Shown here one piece after another: positions 51,201-62,340 of a stretch of DNA of 64,000 nt. Both the position numbers and the translations under genes were made by a program. Origin of the DNA: Vitrella brassicaformis CCMP3155 (Eukaryota > Protista > Chromerida). Location of the stretch: assembly GCA_001179505.1 (NCBI GenBank), contig CDMY01000061.1, forward strand, positions 124,001 through 188,000, in the 5' to 3' direction. Numbering within the stretch: the stretch's first letter is position 1; every line of letters starts with the position of its first letter. The notes beneath the pieces were generated by a model. That model was not told the DNA's origin. It was given only the letters and a program-made list of their open reading frames with translations, and ran no database searches.

Positions 51201-52540
51201 CGAGGGCAGCATCGAGCCGTTGGACGATCTGCTGCTCCCTGCTCCCCGCTCACCTTCTGACCAGGAGGTCGAAGAAGCTGAGACGACCGGAGACAAACAG
51301 CCGCAGCCACCGCCTATGGCGACGCAGGCCAGCAACGAGTCCGTGGCTGATCTCCTCGAGTATATACATTCTGTGCTCCGGCCTGCCCCTTGCGACACCC
51401 GACAGGAAAACCAAGCAGCCGCCACGACACTGGATGCCGCAGGAGAAGCGCTCGAGGCCGCAGGAGAGGCAACTCGTCTCGCCGCTCGCCCTGACAGCCC
51501 CTCATTGTATGAGGAGATTGCGGCCGCTGGTGCCGCTGCTGATGTGGAGGGGGGTATGGTGGAGGTGGGCGGTGAGGAAACTGAGAAGCCCACAGCTCCT
51601 CCCTCTCCGCCACAAGAGACGGGCAACAACACCAAGCAAGGAACGCGGCTGGTGAGTGGCATCGCCAACGAGGATGGGACGGGACGGGCCACGACAGCCA
51701 CTCTTCGCATGACCGCCCCATCCCCCGCCTGCCACCCGAGGCAAAAGGCCATGCAGTGGAAGCCCTCCCTCCCCTCGGCCTCCCGGCCTGCCCCTCTGCC
51801 GGCCCAGGTAGCGCCAGTCCCAACTGCAGCTGCAGCCCCAGCCCCAGCGCCAGCCCCACCACCCCCACCCCCAGCGTCATCAGGAGACCTGAGGGAGAGT
51901 GCAGAGGCGGCGAGAGCCAGGGTTACCGTACCGCGCCTCAAGCTGGAGAAGCTGCCCCCACCCGAATTCAGCCCTTGTGCGTCTGCTGCGGGCAGCCTCG
52001 CCTTGTCCGACTCCTCGGTCTCGTCCAGCAATAGCAGCAGCAGTGAGAGTCGGTCCAGCTTGGCGTATAGCGAGTCCCAGTCCTCCCTCGCCTCGCCGCT
52101 TCTCTCGGAGGGTCCGTCGCCGCAGCATTCTGCCCGCCCTTCACACGCGCCCAACCATTCCAGCCTACCGAGCAGCAATGGCAGTGCTGCCAGTGGCGCC
52201 AGTGGTGGGGCGGAGGCTATCGAGACACGGGCCAGTGATGGCTGCGCGGATGCGGACGGGGGGGTGCGATTCAGATGGAGAGATATGTGGGATGATGAAT
52301 GAATGAATGAATGGCTGATGGATGTGACTGAGTGACTGACTGAGTGACTGACTGACTCGCGCAAGTGAATGGACGGACGGAGAGAATGCCCCTCGGGATA
52401 CGTGCGCACATGCATGGCACCGAAATCGCTCGAGCATGACATGGAGACAGATAGAGGTCCATTCGTTCACTTGACACACACACACACACACATCCAGTTT
52501 CGGCATGGGCGGACTTGACATGCTTCCACAGAACTGACTC
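48268..52540. repeat. Pair of inverted repeats (cores 48296-48422 and 52347-52474) flanking about 3.9 kb
   Basis: tcaagtgaacgaatggacctctatctgtctccatgtcatgctcgagcgatttcggtgcc... is present on + at 48296 and on - ending at 52474. An extra block gagtca(a/g)ttctgtggaa sits at both outer ends. Confidence 0.9.
49531..52302 (+). CDS. Hypothetical protein with duplicated coiled-coil exons and a long Pro/Ser/Ala-rich last exon; 5' end unresolved
   Basis: ORFs 49524-50177, 50447-50824 and 51007-52302 are bounded by plausible acceptors/donors (gtcag 49530, gag|gta twice, ctccag 51040). Repeats AQV(N/T)T and VETTD..VMAE..RTSER..AL.EQIRRLTE. Joining them into one gene is inference. Confidence 0.5.
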
Positions 52541-52768
52541 CCTGCCGTGCATGCCATGCCTTATTAATAATGTGTCATGTCACTTCTTGCAGCAGGCCCG
52601 CACGCTGTCTTTAGTGCGAGCAAGAGGACGCACCCTTGACAGCGTAGAGGCAACATGAAAACCCACCAACAACAAGCGCTCGACCAACCAACCACCAACT
52701 AGCAGACCAGCAACCGACCACCCCCCTCCGTCCCTCGTTTCCCACATGGACCCCATTAGTGACTCGGA

Positions 52769-54459
52769 TCACTTCTTGGCGTCATAGAATGGCCTGTCTG
52801 GGTAGAGGAAGGGGTCGGCCTCCTGAGGCGCCATCTGCAGAGTCACGGGGTACTCCTTCCCCGCCTCCGGCACAAACGTCGGATGCGGAATGTCGTTCTG
52901 AAGCAACCTGAACACACACACACACACACACACAGAGACACACACATGCAACATGGACACACTTGCATGAGAGGCATGTGTTTGCAGGGGCACGCAGGAA
53001 GCCATCCACATGTTTGTGTAGATGCATACATACCCATTTCGATGGAAGGTGACGCCCCTTGCGTCGCTGATCTTGCACACCTGGCCCTTGTGGCCCGGGA
53101 TGACCCCCTTCAGAAACAGCAAGTTCCGCGCAGACTCGATCCGAAACACCTGCAGCACGCACAACACAGACAGCCACACAGAGAGGGCCATGTATGTTTT
53201 CATCAAGGCCTCGCCCCCTCCATGTCTGATGCCCAGCGACTGACTGACTGACCCTGCAGTTGACGATTCTGGGGTCAGGCCCCACGTGTCCGCCCATCTT
53301 CTTGAAGCGCCAGACCACGTCGGCTGAGTGGCCGCGGCCAGTGGAGCCGTGCGAGCGATGGGCCTTCTTCTCTGTGCCGTGGGCGTCGCTCTTCCTCGCA
53401 AAACCCCAACGCCCAACCGGACCTGACCACGTACGACAACAGGCACACACACAGACACCTACCGACACGTGCTGCTCTCTGCTGGGTTGTGTGGTGTGGT
53501 TTGGTGTGCGGTGGTTTGCTGTAATTAATGTGTGCGTTGGTACCATCCCATCCCTTGCCCTTGGTCCAGCCCGAGACGAAGACCCACATCCCAGGGACGA
53601 AGTGGCGGACCGACATAAAGTGGCCCACGGGGATGTGGCAGTCGGCGGTGCACTTGAACTCCTTGACGATGTGCTTCGGACCAACCTGCATCCACACGCA
53701 TGTGAGTGACATCACATCCTATCATGTGTATGTGTCCGGATTGATGTGTGTGCTGACCCCCAGTTTGATGTATCTGCCGACGTTGGGTTTGGACTGTCTG
53801 AAAACGTTGCGGTAGCCCAGCCCCAGCTGCACCGCCTCGTAGCCGTGCTTGGCCAACGTCCGCTGCTCCAACACCACACAACGGTCAACCTGATTCATGG
53901 TCACACACAAGAAAAGACAAGACAAGGCACCAGAGAGAAACGCACTTACATTCATGGACGGCCGTTGAATACACACATCAATCCTACCTTGACGACGGTG
54001 ATGTGGTGCCTCTCCCCCCATTCGTCCCACAGGTTCATGCAGCCCATCTTGTAGCCCAGCACGCCGCACCGTCGACTATCCCAGTTGGGCTTGATGGGCT
54101 TCAACTCCTCACTCACATTCTCATACACCTGCACACATCACACCACACCACACATCTCCTTCCTGCAGCTAGCCAAGCAGCGCCCTCATATATCTCATGT
54201 TTGGTGTGCTTGCCTCGTAGTCGGGTATTTCGGGGACCGGGTCGAATCTCCTGTGCATGAGCAGATCATGCAGCCGGTGCTGCCACTTGGACGTGTAGAA
54301 GCTGCGCCGACTCGGGCCGCGATAAGGGCCACCTGGAGGCAGAGATGCGCTGCTCCAAGGGTCAGCCAGCCTGCTGATGGGAACTGCGGCTGATGGCGGG
54401 AGGGACGGGGACGTTGATGGAGCCGCCAGTGCCACCCGAACGAGGCGGTTGGGCAGCAT
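52769..54459 (-). CDS. MRPL3: Mitochondrial ribosomal protein uL3m
   Basis: Arg/Ser-rich presequence-like N-terminus, then RRCGVLGYKMG, GYEAVQLG, VKEF, VSGWTKGKG, RWGF...HG...HRSHGSTG, KKMGGHVG and NLLFLKGVIPG. Confidence 0.92.
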
Positions 54460-54660
54460 TGATGAGAGCGGCGATTGAGGTGTCGATGAAAAGCGTCGAT
54501 TTCCTGTCAGAAAGTATAGATCTGCGCCGAGAAGGTCTTGACGATGACGTTGAGGCTCTTCTCCTTGAACGCTTCCTCCCTCGGAGGAAAGCTAAGCTCG
54601 CAGCTGGCTGGGAGAGAAGACCAGAGCGATGGTCACTGATTCATTGATGGCTCATGGAAG

Positions 54661-56143
54661 ATGAACACTGGTCACACACTGGCAGTGTTCTCCCTTCTGG
54701 CAGCTTCCCTGAGCATCGCGCGACCGTTCTCGCAAGACGGCAGGCATCATGCATTCATCCCATCCCGCCCAACGAGGCTGTCATCAGCAGTGGCGTCGGC
54801 AACAGATGCCCTCAGCACCTTGCTCGAGAGCCCTGAGTCACTGCTGTCAACCGATCTGCACATTATGAGGGATGCGGCCTCAAGGAGAGGCGATGAGGCG
54901 GCTTTCAGATCGGCCCTGTTGACGACAGCGGGTGATGCTTGGGGCACTCGTGGTTCGGTGGATGCCACTGTGGTGGATGGGGTGTTGCGTGAGGTGGAGA
55001 AGCCGACGGGGTGGGAGGATGCCGTCAGAAGGTGGAGGAGGAAGGTCAGCAAGGACTACACAGAGGCAACGGGTGGTGGATGGGTATCTTCCTGTCCATG
55101 GTTGGCTGTGCACTGCAGACGCAGGGGAGTGCCTTCAAGTATCGCATCACGAACCCAGGCAAGTGCGTGTATCAAGCACTGAGAGAACAACGGGCTGATT
55201 GATTGATTCTACGGACATCCATGGGTATGTATGGTAATGGTGTGCGTGCAGTGGGCACTGCGGGCGTGTACACGTGGATGGTGAATGTCCTGGTGCATCA
55301 CGGCCAATGGGAGACAGCCAGAGACGCCCTCACATACGCCGGCCTCATCCCTGCCGGGCCATTCTTCGTCAAGCCGGCTTCAGCATTCGGCCTGAGTGCG
55401 CCTGGCGACCCCCCTGTGTACCACTTGGACCGTCTTGCGCTGTACGTCGCCGAGTCGATGCTCGACGTGGACATTGGGAGCGGGCAGAGGGATGGTGAGA
55501 AGAGGGTCACAGGCCTGGAGGAGCTGCATTGCGGGCAGATGGATGAGGCTGCATCGGTCGAGGGTGCTGCTGCCGTAAAGGTGGGAAGGAAGATGGGGCG
55601 GGTGGGTAAATAAGTGGGTAAATAAGTGGGGCTGACGCGCATTACCATACCTTCCAGAGGTTGGCATGCGACGTGTCTCTGGAGGGATCAATATCGCGCG
55701 CAGAGAGATGCATTCACGCATGCGTGTGCGTGGGAGACCTTTCTGGTCTGCGGTCTGTCTACCGATGCCGCCTGATCCTATCCATCTCCCTACATGCACA
55801 CACTGCAGTGCGCTGGCACACGTACATACACGGATCGCATTATCCCTCTCTCTGTGTGTCTGTGTCTGTGTGTGGTCAGGACATGGCCTATGCTGCGGCA
55901 AGGGTGGGTCTGCGCGACCTGTGCCACGACCGTCGCGAACACGAGACCATTCTCATCGCATGCCAGACCAGCGAGGGCCTTAATCGAGCCCCCTCTCTGC
56001 TGCTGTCGCGAGAGCACGTGTTGTCTTTAGTCGAGAGAGATATGGAGAAGGAAACGAGGCTCGTGCAGCAGCAAGGGGAAGTGGAGGCTGGTGGGGGTGG
56101 TGTGCTGTTTAGTGTCGACTTGAAGGCGAGAGAGGTGGCGTGA
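54661..56143 (+). CDS. Hypothetical protein with a bipartite-type leader; weak resemblance to PPR/SMR-type organellar proteins
   Basis: Leader MNTGHTLAVFSLLAASLSIA...HAFIPSRPTRL, a helical segment VYTWMVNVLVHHGQWETARDAL, and C-terminal MAYAAARVGLRDL...TILIA. The domain call is tentative and exon junctions are uncertain. Confidence 0.6.
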
Positions 56144-56373
56144 GGTGGCTGTGTGTGGAAGACGATGGGATGCCTTTCGCTAAGGCGACTCGACTCCCTC
56201 CCTTGTCTGTGAGTTATGTATGTTGAGTGAATGATCAACGTACAGAGTCGAAATCAAGACACAGAAGAAGTAAGTGGCACACGCACCGTACCGCACCCGC
56301 GCTATTCACGACTGAACTCACTATATATGCACAGACACAAATACTCTCTTTCTCTCCCTCACCGCACCAACAC

Positions 56374-57749
56374 CTAGAGAGCATTTGTCACGCTGGCCGG
56401 CAGCTGATCTCTGCCTACATACCCCCCCTGCGCCCCCTTGCTCTTGACAGACTCGCCAGCCACCACACACGCCTTCTCACACGCATCCTGAACACACACC
56501 AAATGATACAGCCATGCATACATACCATATCGATGTGCTGCCCGTCCTCGCCTACTCACCACAAGCTTCGCCCCCCTGGCAATCAGCACGGCCAGGGCAC
56601 CGACGAACGAGTCCCCGGCGCCCGTGGTGTCGACGATCTGCTCCGGCGGGATCTTGGGGGTGGCCACGTGTGTGGTGAGGATGGGCCCGGTGCCGTTGAA
56701 CCGCTCCGCGGCCATGCATCCATCTTTGCCGAGTGTGATGACGACCTGCATAGTCGGGCAGGGACCCTCGGCATCGAGAAGGGCCTCACACGCCTCCTTC
56801 GCTTCCTAGATACACACACATCAATTAGGAACACAGCAAAGCATACATAGTGGTCGTATTCGCATCTGTGGCCACCGTGTGTGTTTGTTACTGACTGCTA
56901 GGATGCTGCATGGAAGTCGACTGAGCGTGGCTGCCTCCTCTTGATTGACACACAGGAGGGTGGTGTTGGCAAAGAAGCCCTCGAGGAGCTTCTCTGGCGC
57001 CGGTGCAGCGTTAAGGATGGTGGTCACCGACGGATTGGACGCGCGAGCGATCTTGAAGGCCTGTGGCCGCAACAACACACAAGGCAGATAGAGCGATCAG
57101 TGACATGCGGCCCGCCCTGCATGCCTTGTGTGCTCTCCCTTGTCACCTCCAGAGTAATCTCCGGCGGAATCTCCAACTGTCCCACAACTACTTTGGCCTG
57201 AAGGTAGGCAGCGAGAGTGACACAACACAGAGTGAACGGGTTCATGTCTGTTGCTACAGTACCTGTGCGAGCAGTTGTTTGATGGGTGGTGTGTGTAGGT
57301 CCTCAATGGACAGCAGTGCTGCCGCGCCAGGCACCACGACTATCGCATTCGCCCCATCGTCCGTCACACATATGGGCGCCACAGCTGACACACACACAGG
57401 GAGGGAGAAACAGATCCCCATGCATTCATTTCCTTTGTTCGCCAGCATGCCCATCACGGGCATCACCTGTATGGCTCTCTGTCGTGGTCAGCACGCCCGA
57501 CCTGTCCATCCCGATCCTCTCCCAGCTCTCCCTGATCTCCTTGCCGTTCGCGTCGTCCCCAAGCTTGGCGATGACGCCCACTGCTGACGCATCCTTGACC
57601 AGCTTAGCCGCTTGCACAGCTTGGTTGGCCCCCTTTCCGCCGTGGCATGTCATGAATGAGTGCCCGAGCAGGGTCTCGCCCAGATGCGGCAGCCGCGGCA
57701 CAAATGACACCAGATCCATATTGGCACCACCAACCACGACGACGTCCAT
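56374..57749 (-). CDS. RBKS: Ribokinase (PfkB family)
   Basis: VVVGGANMDLV...PHLGETL, GGKGANQAVQAAKL, VIAKLGDDANG, ILNAAPAP, VNQEEA, VITLGKDG and DTTGAGDSFVGALA. Confidence 0.95.
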
Positions 57750-58010
57750 GGATGTTGTTGAGAAACCAATCAGGCTATAGCCGAGGTTATCCATCTGCGG
57801 GCCGACACATCGTTTCCTCAAAAGATGTGACTGACACACTTTCGAGTAGCTCGCAGACCAGGCCAGGAAGCGAGCGAATCAGGGAACGACAGGCCAGGGA
57901 ACGGACTCTTCACTGAGCAACTGCCGATTAGTTTCCACAGTTCCTTAAGCACCCGACCGCCAGATATATCCATCGCAGCCTTTGAATGGTCGCCATTAAC
58001 CACTGACGTC

Positions 58011-61000
58011 ATGACAGCCACTCACCGCTCTCGGCTGCAGATCCGGCCTTCTGACACCGAAGTGGACGAGAGGGAATATCGGGCCATCGACGGCGACATC
58101 AGCTGCAATGTGGCAGCCGGCGGACGAACAGATAATGGATGCGTTCGATTTGGGTTCAAGCAAGGTCTGTTCCTGATGCTTGGTTTGGCCTGTCTTATGG
58201 CCATGCAGTCCCTCGTGTACTCAGAAGTGGTAGCAAGGCAGGGAGGGCCACAGCCACTACTGATTTCACGTAAGTATGTGCCTTGTCTGTCTGTCTGTCG
58301 ATCAGCTGTGGTGGCATCAGAATGGCCAGTCAGCGGGCCCTGATGGCGCCATCGATGGATGGCAGCCGGGAGAGAAGCTCACGGGAGGACCTGCGTCATC
58401 GCAGATTCCCACAGACAGCAAGGTGATGATAGCAGTCCCGTCGACCAACGACATTCTGCAAATCGACGTGAACACAATTCTTGTAAGAGGAATTGTGCAA
58501 AACAGATGCATGCACAGCTCTTTTGTCTGTCTGTCTGTCTGTCTGTCAGTACCCGTGGAGTGCGATGCCTCCATTGGAGCTGGGCATGCAGTGCTCACTC
58601 GACCTGCCAGTGTTGGGCAGCCACAGGGGGGCAGGTGGTGGTGTGTCTGGTGTGTCCTCTGTGGATGCCATTCGTTCATACGAGGCATTGCTCAAACCTG
58701 CATACGCAGATATCAGTGGCCACTTCGTTGCCCAGGTCAGTGGCAGAAAGATAGAGGAGCCCTTGCGTCGTGGCGCGGCATCATGATGGGGTGTGGGTGT
58801 TTTGCAGCGTGACCTGCATCGTCTGAATGATGTGGCCAACAGAGTCATGGAAAAAAAGACGGACGGAGAAACGGCCAAGGACAGACAGTCGTGCGCAGAA
58901 TCGACGTATGGCGAAATGACCCCTCCTGGTCTGGCCGCCGTCCTGACCCACCCACTCGTCGGCTTCCAGGCTGGAGAGGTATTTGCTGACCTCGGCACCG
59001 GGGTAGGCAAGCTGCCGCTACAGGCCATGATAGTGCACAATGCCTCGAAGGCCTATGGTACCAACAAACAACAGCCACCATGCACACGCAGATGCGTGTG
59101 TGTCCGGTCTCCTTCATGTCAGGAGTCGAGCTGGCCAATCGGCGTTTTCTTCTCGGCTGCTTGGCTCTCGGTCGTGTCAATGAGCAATTTCAGACTGGGG
59201 CTCCCTGGCGTCCTTTTGGTGACGAGGAGAAAACATCAATCGCACAGAATTGCGGCGACCTGTGCCGCGAGCGTGCCACAAGGCCTGGGAGGGTCGTCCT
59301 CGCCTACCAAGACATACTCAAGTATGGACATGTGTGTGTTTGTGCAGTCACGCACGTGTCTCGGCGTGTCTGTCAGAGCTGATGTGTCTAATGTCGATGT
59401 CGCCTTCTCCAATAATATTTGTCTGCGCCACAGCCTCAACAATGCAGTTGGCCAGAGGCTGCTGGACCAGCTGAAGATCGGTGCAAGGATTGCGGTCGCA
59501 AGGTACCCAGCCAGTTTCGTGTTGTCTCCTGCTGGCTGCCCCGTTGTCCGTCTTTGTCCAGGCGCTTTCGGCGGATGCCCGTGTCGTCTTCCAGACATCT
59601 CGAGCGCATTGGGGCCATTCCTGCTAGGGTCTCCTGGATGTCACAGCCCGCAGACCACATCGTATACAAGTAAGCAGCCGGCCTTTATCACACTAAGACT
59701 GCGTTGATTTCTTGTCCTTCTTTGCCTCTTCCAGGGTGGTGGCTGGCGAGGGGCCTCAAGAGACATCTGCGGATCGACCGGCGTCAGCAGCCCATCGGCA
59801 GCGTCACAGCATCACCACCATTCCTCCGCCGCAGAAATGCACTCTTGACCTGGGCATTGAGGTGGCCAAGAGGATCCACACAGATGCAGACAAGGCGGCT
59901 GACGGGCAGAGGCATGTGCACGAGGAGCCGTGGCAGCAGGCTGCTGAGCTGTTCAACGATATCTACAGTACAATTTCAGGTACGACGAACACACATATCT
60001 TGGATCGACTTGTGTATGTATGTATGTATGTATCGTGTGTGAAGGGTTTGTGTCTCTGAATGACCCAGCGTCCGACACGGTCAACAGAATCGGCCAGCAC
60101 CACATGGAGGACGAACAGGACAGAGAGTGGGCTGACACGCAGACAGACATGTGCCGCTGCTGCACGGCTGACGTGTCAATATATATTGTCAGGAGTTGCG
60201 ACGAGTCAACCTATGGTGAGATCACACCTGAGGGCCTTCAAAGCATATTGCATGACTCATGGATCCAGGTACAATCAATGGGCAGGCCGAGGCAGCGACG
60301 CGACTGACTTGCGCGCACTTGTCTTCCTTTTTGTTGCATTCAGGCGGGTACAGCGGACGTGTTGCTAGATATCGGCGGCGGTGTCGGGAAGAATGCCTTG
60401 CAGGCAGTCCTCTTCCACAATTTGACACGTGCCACAGGTACGGACGCGCCATAAGACAGCGGCGGCAACGCACGCCCGTCTGTGTGCTGCTTGCTGCCCA
60501 GGTGTTGAGCTGCAGACAACGCGCCACGCCCACGCATGTGAGGCTTTGGACCGACTGAGGAGACATATTGCTTTACAAGAGACAGACCGAGACCTTCCCA
60601 GGGGTGTGATAGAGTACCTGCACGGAGACATGACCACCATGGCCCTTCTGCGAGCATCGATCATCTACTGTGCCAACACATGCTTCAGAAGGGTCAGACT
60701 CAGCAACGCATGTACGCATCATGGAATGGGAGGATGGGTGGGTGTGTATTGGCATGTAGGGTTTGATGCGGCAGCTGTATCGTGTGCTGACAGAGCGCTT
60801 CGACGTCGGCACCAAGATCGTGCTACTCAGAGTAATGCCACTACACGCATGCACGAGTGTGGTCTGGTGGGTGTTCTCCTTCTTCTCAGCCTTTTGACCT
60901 GAAGCAGCCCTTGGTGGCCAACGAGGCGGCGGGGAGGGCGCTAGAATATGTCAAGGCTGTCAGAACTAGAGTCTCGTGGATCAACGCATTCGTAAGATCG

Positions 61001-61166
61001 AGACACAGACACACCACTGAGTGAGTTTGATGCTGCGTAATGTATGTTGTGCTGTGTATGTTGGTCCCTCCTTCCTCTCCTCCATCAGCAGGAGAGCTAT
61101 GCTTATCGAGTGGTCCAGGTCCGAGAGCCACCGCAGCCCATACCTGCAGCCGATCGCACTGAATGA
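58011..61166 (+). CDS. Membrane-anchored protein with two tandem DOT1-like class I SAM-dependent methyltransferase domains
   Basis: TM segment GLFLMLGLACLMAMQSLVY. Domain 1: STYGEMT, FADLGTGVGKLPLQA, G|VEL, DVAFSNN, LKIGARI, RVSW. Domain 2: STYGEIT, LLDIGGGVGKNALQA, G|VEL, IIYCANTCF, VGTKIV, RVSW. Confidence 0.8.
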
Positions 61167-61594
61167 GACTCGAGCTATGGATGGATGCGACAGCGCTATG
61201 TGTGTGTCCCTGTACGTGTGTAGATGGATATCGGGTGCACAATTGCGGGACCAATTAACTCATCGATCGAGAGTTTGTACATCAACTAGGCATGAAGAAT
61301 GCGATGAATGAATCCAAAATCTAACACACCAGTCTCGTCTCTAATCTACTCTGCTCGAAAGCTGCAGAAGCTGGGCTCTTGTCGAGGCAAGAATCACCTG
61401 CCAGAGAGAGAGAGACGCTCCATCTTGCGATTGTTTACTTAGTGGTAGACTTACCCCCAGCTCCTTCAGCGAGTCCTTCCAGTTCCCCGGCAATGTGCCT
61501 ATCACCCATATAAGCAAATATTTGGTTCATTTGTCCCGCGCCTTATCACCTTTCTGTGCCTTTTCTAGTATGTCGATGGCGGCCTGGATGCGCT

Positions 61595-62292
61595 TCATGC
61601 CTGCGTGCGCCACTGGCCAACGAATTCGTACGTGAGGTGCAAATAAGAGCCCTGTACATGTGCAATTCCGTTGTTGATCTTCTCACGTTTGAGCATGGAG
61701 TGATAGTGTTTGTGCTGCGAATTGCGAAGCCTCTTGGCATATTTGACCATCTCATCGGGCTCCTTCCCTGACTTGGCCCTGCACACAGGGACCACCAGAC
61801 GCACCATTTGTTGACGTGTCCTTGGTACGGAGATCTTTCCTGTACCGCGCCATAGTTGAGTCATAAAACGCCTTTGAGCTGTGCTCCATCCGGTTGGCGT
61901 CACCTGCAACGCATACAGCCCGAAAAAGGCCTATGTCTGCCCGTCCCCTGTGCCCCACCGATGTGTTTCTTGAAGCGTAGGAGGAAGTCCCTAAGGAAAG
62001 ATATAAAGATGGGGATCTGCGCGGGGTCCTTGAAGTCATCGACGCTCAGCGGCACCCCTCCTTTGTCGTCGGTGTGGGGAGGCCCTGCCCTCATGTGCTG
62101 GACCAAGTTGAGCCGGGGAAGGCCCCATGAGAGGGCGCCCTTGAGCGACGAATCGAAGCCTGATGATGACAGGAGCGCGGAGTGGAGAGATCAAACCATT
62201 CATGGTTTCTGCACACCTGCAAGGTCGTCTTTGAGCTGATTCTCGACTTGCAGGAGCTCTTCACTCATGTGTTCGGCGCCATCTATCGCCTG
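61595..62292 (-). CDS. Hypothetical protein, 3' exons only; upstream region runs into the 255-bp repeat and gap
   Basis: Coding-like segments AIDGAEHMSEELLQVENQLKDDLA, FDSSLKG...FLRDFLLRFKKH, DANRMEHSSKAFYD and KEPDEMVKYAKRL are separated by short GT-AG introns. No known domain. Confidence 0.45.
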
Positions 62293-62340
62293 CAAGAAGC
62301 ACAGAGAGATCTGCCGGGTGGCGCCACGAACTGTCGTATC

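Noticed and set aside
50988-52442. 484-aa minus-strand ORF overlapping the plus-strand Pro/Ser-rich exon
   Set aside because: Antisense shadow of a GC-rich coding exon. It starts inside the inverted-repeat/microsatellite region, has no domain, and the plus frame has a clear splice acceptor.
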